Assembly: GCF_035594765.1 (NCBI RefSeq)
Contig: NC_085846.1
Location: 7,055,190-7,119,189, forward strand
Source: Anolis carolinensis
Taxonomy: Eukaryota
Direction: 5' to 3'
Length of the DNA: 64,000 bases
The translations under genes were made by a program, and so were the position numbers. Below, piece by piece: positions 49,701 to 61,785 of the stretch (its first letter is position 1; every line of letters starts with the position of its first letter). The notes beneath the pieces are model-generated. The model was not told where the DNA came from. It made no database searches and worked only from the letters and a program-made list of their open reading frames with translations.

Positions 49701-50832
49701 AAAAACACTGACTACTAACAAATTGACTACAAATAAAGATAGAATTGCATAAAATGAACTTAGAGTAACAACACTGTCAAAAAATAAATCCATAAAACAT
49801 TCAGTCCTTGCTGCCTAGAGAAAGATCTGAGGATCTGGGCAGGAGGCAGACTGCATTGGATAATCCAGAAAGTTGGATAAATGAATGTTGGATAAGTGAG
49901 ACTCTACTGTAGTAGTATTGCAGTTTGACAGAACACGAACTGCCATGGCTCAATCCTATGGAATCTGGGGATTTGTAGTTGTGTGAAGTATTGACTCTTC
50001 CCTGTTGGAGAGCCCTGGAGTCACCACAGACTTTAAATCCCAAATCCCATGGGGTGGAATCATTGCAGTTAAAGTGGTGTCAGACTGCTATAATTCTACG
50101 GTGTACATCTGTTTTGATGGGACTTGGTAAATCAAGACTGGCAAAAATCCTATGAATATTATAGTTACTAATTGGGATGAATACCTGAAATATGGCTGTT
50201 AAGTGTTGGAAATCTTCAACTACACAGCTTGTAAATAACCTGTTGATAAGAGTGACTTCTCCCAATCGATAATTGGTTGCTATTCCATGGACCAGAATAT
50301 TGACTGACAAATGGAGTTAAATGAAAGTTCACATAAAGCAGTAAGTACACAAAAAACAAAATATAAAAATAATTTAAAAAATGAAAATATACAGTTTTGC
50401 CTGTTATCATCCTGCCTACTGCAGGATTGCCGGTTGCAACAGAAATATACCAAAGACTTGGAAAGTCAGCCCTGCTAGCTGAAAGCCAGTATGAATCAAC
50501 CTTGAATCTATTAATAATGAAAATGAATTGACATCTTCTTAACAACAAGGAAAGTCCATTTTACCTGCAGAAGCGGATTGCCAAAGGAGCTGGAAAAACA
50601 GCGGAAGAAGAGAGAGGCATGAGACTTTGAGGGAAAGAGAAAGATGGAGATGATGAATTGCCTTCTGATAGGGCTGAGGTGAGATATTTTGCTGGGTGAG
50701 GTCTTGCGTCAATCGGTACTTCTTCACCAAACAAAGATGTTTGATATCCAAAGATGGCTCAGTTAGAAAGTCCCACATCCACTTCTCTCCCATTGCTAGC
50801 AGTAAAACAGAACAAAATAAATCAGTGGCCAT
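43742..50832 (-). CDS. Ig-superfamily type-I receptor A: 2 C2-type Ig domains, TM, tail with YxxM and YxN motifs (about 351 aa); first splice donor is defective
   Basis: Exons 50791-50832 ([14 protein letters not shown]), 50565-50589 (LLWQSASA), 48995-49282 (Ig: NLTC...DSGMFSCIY), 48089-48412 (Ig: LLTC...FHFFRN...TGIFTCRY), 46919-47035 ([29 protein letters not shown]), 45268-45364 (YFEYVEM), 43742-43904 (EEDLYKNI...*). Phases are consistent and there are no internal stops. The intron 1 donor reads GGAGAG. Confidence 0.78.
44493..44933. mobile_element. Probable solo LTR
   Basis: TG...CA termini and a 5-bp TSD GAAGG/GATGG. It splits the terminal GTGTAGAAGGGCC of a MITE and contains two CCAAT boxes. 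Confidence 0.55.
45790..46535 (+). mobile_element. CR1 LINE 3' fragment
   Basis: [16 protein letters not shown]...[17 protein letters not shown], and a CR1 3' UTR ending ...ATGATTCTA. Confidence 0.85.
47174..47939 (+). mobile_element. Internally deleted mariner transposon
   Basis: TIR CGAGGGTTGAATGAAAAGTAATGCCTCCACCTTCGT with its inverse at the right end, preceded by TA. The N-terminal HTH ORF ([12 protein letters not shown]...VHRW...) is joined to the transposase C-terminus (LVHRWQKCI...GDDVE); the DDE core is missing. Confidence 0.88.
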
Positions 50833-51684
50833 TTCTTACTATCTTATGGATTGTTGGCTTGAGTTTGAGGACCATCTCAACCCTACCAACAGTGGAGAAG
50901 GATGCACCACCAGTGCTTTCAGGACACCCACATTTTCCCATCTGAAACAGCCTGTTTTTTTCTGTCCAATGAAAGGGCCGTCCCTGTTCTATGAGCTAGA
51001 TAGAGAAAAGTGGGGCAAAGAGGTCACCAACCTATTTCCAAGGCAATGATGATCTTGATGGTCCCAGTTGAGTCCTCAGGTCTACTTCCACCCAGTTCTA
51101 CCTTAGCAGCACTATTATCTTGCAAGACAGAGATCTAGCCAGGAAGCGTCACCTTTTTCTCTCACTTCCACCCACACGCAAAAACAGCAAACCCACAACT
51201 CAAGCCAAGCCAACACACAACTCATCTTGTGGGCTTTGGTGAGCAGAAAGGTGTGCATTTCTTGCCGCTGAAGGCAGCTTTCCACATCCGCTTTCCTGTG
51301 GCTCCTTCTGTCTTCTCTCACCACCAAAGCCTCTTTAGAAAACAAAAGAACTGCTGCATGGAGAAAACAATGGAAGGGGAAAAGAAACATGGGTGGCTAA
51401 TGTCTCTTTACAATGTGTATTGTGACTAATATTTTGTTAGAAAACATTAATCAAAGAGGTGGAAGTCGGGGGGGGGGGGTGAAAAGGAACGGCAGAAAAG
51501 GCAGATATCATCATTGGTTGCATCAGTGACACTCAGCAAATCTCCACTGTGACAAATTCAACCACATTGACCATTTGTGGCCCTGCAACCTTCAAAGGTT
51601 CTTCATTGACAGGTTTACACACATTTCCACATGTTGAACCTGAACTGACCGCCAATAACAACAATTGGGCCGAAGGAAGATAAC

Positions 51685-51861
51685 CTAATGCTGAGGATGT
51701 TGCATATATTGATTTCAGTAAGGCCTTTGACTAAGGCTTCTTCTACACTGCCATATAAAAATCCAGATTATCTGCTTTGAACTGGATTATGTGGCAATGT
51801 GGACTCATATAACCCAGTTGAATGCAGATAATGTGGATTATTTGCTTTGATGATGATGATG

Positions 51862-51918
<57 letters not shown>

Positions 51919-53450
51919 TATTTATACCCCGCCACCATCTCCCCTTGGGGGTGGTTTACATGGGGCAAAGGCCCGAACAACATTGACGAAATAAACAACA
52001 ATATAAATACAATTCACAGTATAAAAGATAAAAACAGTAATACAATGTAAAACAAGAATAAAACAGTTGATAGTATCAGTCAACCACCAGGCACAGTTCT
52101 ATCATCTACTTAGGTGGAGAAACTGGAGCAGCAATGCAAGAATAGAATGATACGTTAAGTGCATAGACAGTAAAGACCTAATAAAATACAGGATAGAATT
52201 ATACCATCTGGGGCTGATTATCAAATGACTGTCTAACCAAAGGCCAACCAAAACATCCAGGTCTTTAATGTGGATTATATGGTAGTATAGAAGGGGCTGC
52301 AGTCCCCCATGATCTCACAAACTAGTAAAATGTGAGTGAGATAATACTACTGTTAGGTGGTTTTGTAATTGTTTAAGTGACTGAACCCAAAGGGTGCTCC
52401 CCAATGGTTACTCTTCATCGTGGAAAGAAGTGTCTAGTGCAGGCATGGGCAAACTTGGGCCTTCTCTCCAGTGTTTTGGACTTCAACTCCCACAATTCCT
52501 AACTGCCAGCATGGGCCAAAGTTTGCCCATGCCTCGTTTAGTGGGCTTTTAAGTACTGTTCAACATCTTTATTAATGACTTGGTTGAAGGTTTAGAGGGC
52601 AGGTAGATCAAGTTTGCAGATGACACCAAATTAGGAGGGACAGCTAATACTCCAGAAGACAGGATTAGAATTCAAAATGACCTTCTCATATTAGAGAATT
52701 GGGCCAAAACTAATAACACGAATTTCAACAAAATCTGGGATATTTAACTTAGACAGAAAAAGGATGGATGATGCCTAGCTCAATAAGATACATGTAAAAG
52801 GCATCTTCGTGGATAACAAGCTGAACATGAGCCAAGAGTATGATGCAGCAGCTAAATAAGCCAATGGGCTGCATCAAAAGGAGTATAGAGGATTAAGGGA
52901 AGTCATGGTGCCTCTCTATTCTGCTTTCTTCAGACCTTACTTGGAATAATAACCCTGTGTCTAATTGTGGACCTCATAATCAAAGAGAGATATTGACAAT
53001 CTGGAATGTGTCCAGAGGAGGGCGACTGAAATGATCAAAAATCTGGAAACCATGAATCCCTTTGAGGAGTGGCTTAAAGAGCTGTGTCTGTTTAGCCTCC
53101 AGAAGAGAAGGTTGAGAGAAGAGGACATGAGAGCCATGTTTAAATATTTGAAAGGATGTCATAAGGAAGATGGAGCAGCTTCCTTTCTTCTGCCCTGGAA
53201 ACTAGGACTCCATACAGCAATGAGTTCAAATGATAGGAAAGAAGATTCCACTTGAATATTAGGAAGAACCTCCTGACTGTAAGAGTTGTTCAACAATGGA
53301 ACTCTCTGCCTTGGAGTGTGGAGGAGGCTCCTTCTTTGGAGGTTTTTAAACAGAGGCTGGATGGCCACCTGTCAGGGTTGCTTTGGCAGAAGGGATTGGA
53401 CTGGATGACCCATGGGGCTCTTCCACATCTAAGACTCTATGAGTCTTATA
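51685..53450 (+). mobile_element. Degenerate CR1 LINE with nested MITEs and an (AAT)n tract
   Basis: RT motifs (DFSKAFD, KFADDTKL) and the ORF2 C-terminus, with many frameshifts. Confidence 0.8.
51860..51913. repeat. (AAT)n microsatellite
   Basis: About 18 perfect units. Confidence 0.9.
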
Positions 53451-54264
53451 TTTTTAGCTGACAGAATACATCTCTATTCATCCCTAGGACCTCCAATGGG
53501 ATTCTGACTGGAAATGGTCATAGAATCATCATGTAGTACCTAGAAGATGCCCATAGAAAACATGTTTTTTCAATCGCATATAGGGCAGCAAGCAACTAGG
53601 GAAATTACACACACGTATCGGACCAACATAATTTTTGTTGTTTATATTATTTTATTTAAATATTTCCATCCTGTCTTATATCATGGGATCTTAGACCACA
53701 AGTAAAACCAATGGAAGCAGTTTAAAACAATTCAACATTTATTTTGGAGATTATTTAATATTTATTTGTTTCTCTTTCCCATAACAACCCACAAGAGTTC
53801 CCAAGGCAATGAAGAAATAAAAGCTAATTAAAACAATACACATATAAAAACATTAAAATGATCTTTAAAAACTCTAAACATTGTCTAGAAATAATCCTAG
53901 GATCCAGTTTTGAAATTGTTAAAACAGCAGGCTAAACACTGAATGCTATGAGGAACAGCATTCGTATGACTGTCCACCTAATTTCCTTCGGTAGGGAGTT
54001 TCAATTATTTTTTGTAATGGCAAATTTTTTCATAAAACAGGATGAGATAAAAGTGTAAGATTTCTAAAAGCTGAGTGTGCAAGAGAAAGTGAAACTCAGT
54101 CCTATAGAGGTGCAAATATATTTTAGGATTCATCTTCAAATAATTGTGAACTATGGCAGATACACAACAAGGATGGACTTTTGTTGACACATTATTTTCT
54201 GCTGTTTTAAGTGCTGATGGAATTTATTTGTGCCGAAGCAATCTATCATATTGGGTTTGCAACA

Positions 54265-57200
54265 TCAAGACATCCCAGGTTTTAGGTGCTTCCGGTCGAT
54301 TTCTTTCTTTACTTTCTTAATGCGAATATCGCTATACATGACTCCTTTCTCTTCAGTATATGAGACTGTATTCTCCATCGCTGGTCCAGAACGAGGAGGA
54401 GCAGGCAGGAAGGCAAGCTGGGCATAGGCCACCTCTGAATCCTATAGAGACAAAGGGAAGTTGATTAAGAAGTTGCTCAGACTAGAGGCAGCTGGAGTTT
54501 CCAAATCAGTGCTAAATCCCCATTGAACTTCTGTGGAGCTCTCCATGGTGCTGAACCTAATCAATGGGACTTTATGGAGCTATCTAAGGTGCTGAATTAT
54601 AAATGGACTTTAAAAGAGTTATCCAAGGTGCTAAACTTTATCAGTGAATGCTCAACTCAAGCAATGGGATTTTAAGGAGCCCTCTAAAGTGCTGAACTTA
54701 ATAAGTGGGACTTTTGGAGCTATCTAAGGTGCTAAACTTACTCAATGGGACTTTATGCTTTTTTTTCCATGTCAGGAGCAACTTTAGAAACTGAAAGTCA
54801 CTTCTGGCGTGAGAAAATTGACCCTCTGCAAGGACATTGCCCAGGGGATGTCCAGATGTTTTTGATGTTTAACCATCCTTGTAGGACACTTCTCTCAAGT
54901 TCCCACATGGGGAGCTGGAGCTGACAGAGGGAGCTCATCCATGCTCCTCCTGGATTCAAACCAGCAACCTTCAGATCAGCAACCCAACCTTAGGTCAGCA
55001 GTGCTTCCAGCACAAGGGTTTAACCCATCGCACCACCAAGGGCTCCATCTAAGGTGCTGAACTTAATCAATGGACTTTTAAAGAGTTATCCAAGATGCTG
55101 AACTTTATCAAGAAGTGCCAAATATAATCAATGGGACTTTAAGAGCCCTCCAACATATTAAGCTTTGCCAATGGGACATTTGTGCTGTATCCAGTGTGAT
55201 AAGCTTTATCAGTAAGACTTTCAAAAGCTATCCAAAGTACTGGACTTTTTCAATGAAGCATTAAGGGGCTGTCCAAAGTGCTGGACCTTAAGAATAAGAC
55301 TTTAGCAAGCTAGCCATCATTTTATTTAGAGCAATGTTTACAAACTGGGAGGATTTCTTTCTATTTATCAAGGGACTCGGTGAATGATGTTTATTTCCAT
55401 TAAGGGGCAAAGGAAAAAGTAAACATTAGATGCAGATATAGTCAGTTTTTTAACTGAGCAGAAAAAAAAACAAGGGATGCTCCTTAGAAGTTCATAGATA
55501 AACCATGACGGGAAGATGATGGCCTCCTTTCATTTATCACCAACATGAAATAAAGAAAGACAAATTGCTACTAAACCTGGAAGGTCTTATCACTAGTACC
55601 TGCAGAAGAACAAATACATGTGTGTGAATGTATTTCTTCTTCATAACGTCTGACCTAGGGAACGCACTGCATCAAGAGCATGTCTTCATAGAATACACAC
55701 AAGCAAACAACTTTATGACTCCAAAGAGACATGGGTTAAAGGGGAAAATGGCTCACAAAAATGTTCCAATTAAGAAAAAACACCCTACAGTTATGAGTGT
55801 TCAAAGCACATACAAAAATTGTGTGAAATTTCAGATAGTGTAGTTGGACTTAAAAAGAATTAAAACCGGTGCAGAAATGGGAGACTTATAGAAAATCAAA
55901 TCCATCAATCAATCAGACCTGTAAGTCTTGGTCTCTTGATGTTTCCGATTTCGGCTTTTGACGCTCCTTCTTATTCTTCTTGTTTTCTCCTGGATCACAT
56001 TCTTGATAAGATGTGGATGCTTTCAAAGAAAAAGAAAAGACAAGTGAGTGAAAAAGTAATCTGTATTGTCATCTTCATTGTCTATTTATTTATTTATTTT
56101 TGGCAATTTTCCAACAAATCCAGCCAGGAGATTGATTTCCATCTGGGAACGTATTAAAAATATGCAAAGAGCTCTATCGCATACCACAGATCTTTCTCCT
56201 GAAGCAGAAAGCGATAGGAATCATCAACAGGATTATAAATGGAACCGCAAACAATGCATGAACTGGAAATTCAGACACAGGACTGGAAACTGGTAAAAGA
56301 AAAGAATAAGTAAAATGTTTACTATTTCCCTGAGGTAGTTTTAAATAACATCTAACCTTTTCATGAAAATTTGGGATGGATGAATAAAACCCTTAAGGTT
56401 AACTGTTAAAATATCCAACAAAGCATCATGCCTCCAGTTCTTGTCCAGAATATGCCTTCCAGGAGGTGATTTGGATCTGCTGATGGCTAAGAGATCAATG
56501 GAACAATTGATCTGCTTTAAAGGACATGTTGAAACTACAGAGCGTAGAATCCAGCAGTTTGGAAAGCTCCTTGAAAGTCTGGACTAAACTGAAGTGGTTT
56601 CCCAAGCCCATTCATGTAGGCATCACTGTTCTTATGAAGGTAAAGGTAAAGGTTTTCCCCTGATGTTAAGTCTAGTTGTGTCTGACTCTGGGAGTTGATG
56701 CTAATCTCCATTTCTAAGCTGAAGAGCCAGCATTGTCCATAGACACCTCCTAGATCATGTGGCCAGCATGACTGCATGGAGCACTGTTACCTTCCCGTCC
56801 GAGTGGTACCTATTGATCTACTCACACTTACATGTTTTCAAACTGCTTGGTTGGCAGAAGCTGGAGCTGACAGCGAGAGCTCACTCCACTCCCCAGATTC
56901 GAACCGCTGACTTTTCAGTCAGCAAATTCAATAGCTCAGCAGTTTAACCCACTGTGCCACCAGGGCTCCACTCATATGAAAGGCATTCTCAAAGGTAAGA
57001 GGCAAGTGATCATAATAGAACGAAAGAGAAGTAGTATTAAAAACTGAAACTAGTAGTATTAAAAACTGGAATTCCTATAGAACAGGTATGGAAAAACTTT
57101 GGCCCCCCAGGTGTTTTGGACTTCAGCTTCCACAATACCTAACAGCCTCAGGCCCTTTTCTTAAGCAGCTGAGGGGGAAAAGAAAGGGGCCTGAGGCTGT

Positions 57201-60200
57201 TAGGAATAGTGGAAGTTTGCCCATGCATGCTATAGAACAAAGGCCTAATCCAAATTTATGGAGCCCACAATCCAGATTGATGATATTCCATGCCCTGTTT
57301 CCTCTGAAACACCTCATGTGTAGCAGTCTGGGCTTCATGAAGGCACCTGGGTTTTCTCCTCCCTTAACTGCCACCAGGTTCTTTGATTTTGAGTAAAACA
57401 CAATAACAAGAACCCCCTTTCAGTACAAAGATCTAATCACTAGCAAGCAATGCAGCCTCCCTCCCCAAAGGGACTCACCTGTGATGTTGACCTTCTGGCT
57501 CCAATGAGACATGATCCACCTGCCACTCATGCTTTTTTTATACCTGCAGGTATATTCCCCTGTCAGGTTGGGCTGAGCTTGTAGACAGATACTCAGGGAG
57601 ATGTTGGAAGAAGCGTCTCCAGGCTCTTTGGAGCAATCCAGAGGCCTTTGGTTGGTGGCCCCAATCTCAGCTCCATCCTTGTAGAAATAGAACTTTCTCT
57701 CCATGTGGTTCCCATTGGATGAACAAGTTATACGCATGGTGTCCCCTGCCAGTATCATTCCGGATGCAGGATCCATCTTCAGATCTGGAGTCGGGGGAAG
57801 ATCTGGAGAGCAATCATCAGGAGAAGATAAGTAAGGAGTGCTGAAATGGCTCTGTGAGCATCATTCTGTGGCTTTGAACAGAAGCCCAGCCAGCACCAGA
57901 TAACTGCATGGAGAACCAGAGATCTGACACCAGGTCCTTTTCAGTCAATGCCTAGTTTGGATGAGCAACGATGGAATCTTGTGATTTCAGGGACCTGGTT
58001 CTTGCACAGCTCACATGCCCACTCCATCCCAGCCATGCAATAAAATCCAGAACCTAAAACCATCACGTTAACTCTTTCCTCTTAATTCCTTTCACTCCTT
58101 CAATAAAGATATGCAGTATTATAGAATAAATCCAGATCCCGGAAGCAGCTTACTCGCCTATATATTTTAGTAGACAGAAAACTTTTTTCTCTAGTTGGGA
58201 AAAACGCTGAAGGTAGTGGTTCTCAACCTATGGGTCCCCAGATGTTTTCGGCCTATAGCTCCCATAAAAATAAAAACTATCTTAAATTAATTGATTTCTG
58301 GTTCAGATATCTAACATCACTATATTCCTGCTCCAGGACTTCAGCTGAAATGCAGTAACAACTGCTTACTTTTCCTTCCATCTCATTTGTCCTACCTGTC
58401 TTTCGCTAAGTGAAATAGAGTTGCAAAGAAGAAATAATAGAAAGAGAACAGTAAAATAAGCAGGGTTAAGGTGAGGATCTTGTGTCTCTCCAAATGACAT
58501 CCAGAATTCCTTATCATTGACTATGCTAGCTAGGACTGATGGGAGGTGAAGTCCAAGAACATTTGAAGGGGACTACCACCTCCATCAGAAACAAACAGTG
58601 GAGCTGATATAAAGAGAGACTTTTCTGGGGGCAAATTGACAGGGAGTCACTCACCTCTCACCACGATGGAGACAGTGTTGCTTTTCTGGGACTGAATCTC
58701 CCGCCCTTCTGCAGTCAGAATCCAATACACACAGACATAGGTCCCATTAGTGTTTTCATCCACTTGGAAAGCTTGGCGGGGTTCTTTCCCTTCAAGGAAT
58801 AGTCGCTTACTTTGCTGGGTTTGTCCCTCTCTGAGGAATCTGTATCCGGCCACATCTTGTCCCTCTGGAGCCGTGCAGTCCAGGCTGAGCTCTTCTCCGG
58901 GGATGTAAAAGGGATACTGAGGATCCAGGGAGAGAACTGGACCTCGAGGAGGTTCTGCAGCTCCCCACAAAGAAGGAAAGAAAACCATTTGGCCAGTTAG
59001 TATACAAAATTATGAAACGCTGAAACTCCAAAGTTTCATAGAAACACTAACAAAATGCTTTGAGGAGTTTATATATACAATTGGACTGTACGTGTGTTAC
59101 TAAAAGGACACTTTTTGTTCCATCAAAACCAAACTTAGAAAATGGGATCCCTTCACTCTGCCCTCCCTCCTCCACCGGCATCCTTCAGGTGCCAATCAAC
59201 CACCCCCAAAATGTGGAGCCTTCAGACCAGGCGAACATTGAAAACTCATTAACCACGAAACCAAAGAACTTACTTATAATGGAGATGGCTATGCTGTTAC
59301 TCCTTGGAGACTGAAAACTTCTTCCTTTGTTATCTTTGGTTTTGTAAAAGCAAATAAAGGTTTCCTTTGATTCCAGGTCTGTTGCGAGGATTGCCAAATA
59401 TTTTCTTGTGTGTTCCTTGTATGTAGTCCATTGACTTGGTCCGTTCATTCGAGAGAGAGAGAACCAAAATGCCGTCTGTCCTGCTGGGGGCTCGCAATTG
59501 AACCAGATGAACTCGTAGCTTACAAATGTGCTGTACGGGGTGGACAAGGAGAGTGTTGGGGCTGGAAGAGATGCTTCTCCCTGTGAACCTGAAAAAGGGA
59601 AAGAGATGTCCTTTGGTCCTCTCCTTCTGACCTCAACAAAAAAGAAATACCTAAGTATTGAGGAAAGTATATCTATTTGTACCTTTCAAAGCAGTGGTCT
59701 CACCCAGGGACTCCTTCCTATCAATTAAAGGCCCAAAGAAGTCCCCAAGACTCAGGGCCAAACCCTCCTGAGGTCTCACACCCCTCAAATGGGATAATGG
59801 CATCCATTCCTTATTCTTACCTGCAAAGGGATCCAGTAAATAAAGAACTGCTGAAAGAGGGGGAAAAAGAAAGAAAGGAGTTGGTCAGCTTCCACACTCC
59901 ACTGGGCTAATGCAAACAAAGGGGACAAAAGGTGGGAGAGATATCAGTAAAGACAAGCAAAATGACAGAAAGAGCTTCGGAAGGATGGGAGACAGCCAAC
60001 AAATATGGTAGGCTCATGAAGTCTTCAGAAATTGATAGAAGATCTGAAAGCACAATTTCCTCAGAAACAACTGAGAATGACAAAATATTGCATCTGGTTC
60101 TTCAAATTGGCTGTTGTTGGCGTGCAATAGAGGCCGCCATTTTCCCCTTGAAAATGCTGTTTCGCTCCTGCTCCTTCAAAATAGGAAATAAAGCCTCTCT

Positions 60201-60633
60201 TCTGTCCGTAAACCAGCTTAAATGCCCTAAAAGCACCAGATCTAGCCTGACCTTGGAAACTAAGCAGCGGCATCCCTACCTTGTATTCTGATGTGACATT
60301 GCCAGATGCTGTAGAGCTTATTTCTTGCCTAAGAAAACCCATTGGGTTGCTATAAATCAACAGCAGATTGAAAGCTCATCAATGGTGCAATATCCTCAGA
60401 AGCAACAGCGTTAGTAGTGGTTCCTTAAAAAACCTGCCACCGGGGTGTAGGAGGACCACCAAAGTTTTCAAGTGGCCCTAGATGCTCCTTTAAATGCTGG
60501 AAAGACCCCTGATCCACATAAAGAAGCTGAGGGAAAGACATCAAAAGAGAGCAATGATATGATAATGGGATGCAGGGTGGTGAGAAGCGAAAAGGGAGAA
60601 GTCCAAACCTGCAACCAAGGCCATGGACCCCAT
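54265..60633 (-). CDS. Ig-superfamily type-I inhibitory receptor B: split leader, 3 C2-type Ig domains, TM, two ITIMs (about 458 aa)
   Basis: Exons 60609-60633 (MGSMALVA; the donor GTTTGG is weak, so this exon is the least certain), 59821-59850 (30-nt mini-exon), 59274-59588, 58655-58954 and 57479-57802 (three phase-1 Ig exons with paired Cys), 56185-56289 (TM ALFAVPFIILLMIPIAFCF-RRK), 55919-56019, 54265-54441 (VAYAQL and VMYSDI). 1377 nt, open throughout. Confidence 0.85.
54505..55312. repeat. Degenerate minisatellite (about 37-bp period) interrupted by a SINE-like insert (about 54760-55046)
   Basis: Repeating unit similar to GAGCTATCCAAGGTGCTGAACTTAATCAATGGGACTTTA. Confidence 0.7.
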
Positions 60634-61785
60634 CCTCAGCCAAGAGGCCCAGATGCCTCCAACGCTGCTCCTCGGATCCTCCACCGCCTTGCTTTCCCTC
60701 CAGACAGAGCCAGGCCTGTCCAGCTCATCTGCAAGGAGCTTCAGCAGCAGAGACCAAGGCAGGAACTGCGTCACCTCCTCTCTCTCTGCCCACCGGCCCC
60801 CCAGATTCACACCTCCAGCCAGGCGCACACTCAGCCTATGGGCTCCTGGCCCTGCTTGGCCACACCAAAGAGGTGCTTTCCAGCCCCATGGCGCAGCTGA
60901 CCGCATCCGGCTTGGCTCTGCCCCCCCTTCCTGGCCCTTTGAGCACAACAGGGCTTCTAAATAACCAGAGAGTTGCAGAGTGGGGCAGGAGGTGAGAAAA
61001 CAAAGGAACAAATGAGTAATTGCTTTTCACCAGCCTGCAGGTTGGTTTGGGTTTTGGCCTCCAGCCTCCTTCAAAGACCTCAAAAACATCTGGAGGGATT
61101 CAGTCGAACCTCAGGATGACCCTTCCAAGCCAGGGACCCCAGGCACCATTCCTGCCCAAAGTCAAGACATATGTGTTGTGAGCAAAATGATGGCCCATTA
61201 GTGACGATAATAATAGATCTCCCATTCCTTTTATTTTGAACCATCAGAAGACTTTTTCTACATCGAAAGATGAAACTGTGAGTCTGGGCTGTATTTAAGA
61301 GAGAAGGCACCATAGATTCAGCAAACAGCAAAGAAAATTACACACACCTATGAGACCAACAGAATTCTAGTTTTCTTTATATTATTTTATTTAAATATTT
61401 CCATCCTGTCTTATACCATCATATCTTAGGCTACAAGTAAATATAATTGAACATTTATTTATTTCATTCCTTAGCATTGTATTTGTTTCTGTTTCACGTA
61501 CCAACCTATAAGGGTAATGAACAAATAATAAAATAATACAAAGATTAAAAAAATTCTAAAATACATTAAAATAGACAGTGGTTTTATCTTGTCTATTGTT
61601 GTAATACAATGATACAGATCTCCAAATAATTGTTCAGTATGGCAGATGCACACAATGTGGATGGACTCTTGGTTGACACATTCTTCTCTTTGAGGCACCA
61701 AAGGAATTCATTTGTGCTGAAGCAATAGTGCATCCTGAGTTCGAGATGTCTCATGCAGTTGGTTCTTTCTGCTATAAATCAATCT

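Noticed and set aside
51847-52050. Poly-Met/poly-Ile ORF
   Set aside because: Translation of the (GAT)n(AAT)n microsatellite.
54505-55312. CRISPR-like periodic repeat
   Set aside because: Eukaryotic intron; the units are contiguous and degenerate, with no unique spacers.
55538-55599. Possible extra cytoplasmic exon of receptor B (good acceptor at about 55600)
   Set aside because: It has an early in-frame stop (GTA CTA GTG ATA AGA CCT TCC AGG TTT AGT... was not supported by any counterpart in paralogue C), and the flanking exons already join in phase.
60425-61030. Several overlapping 60-156 aa ORFs
   Set aside because: GC-rich promoter/5' region of receptor B with no recognisable domain. 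Only 60609-60633 fits as a coding exon.
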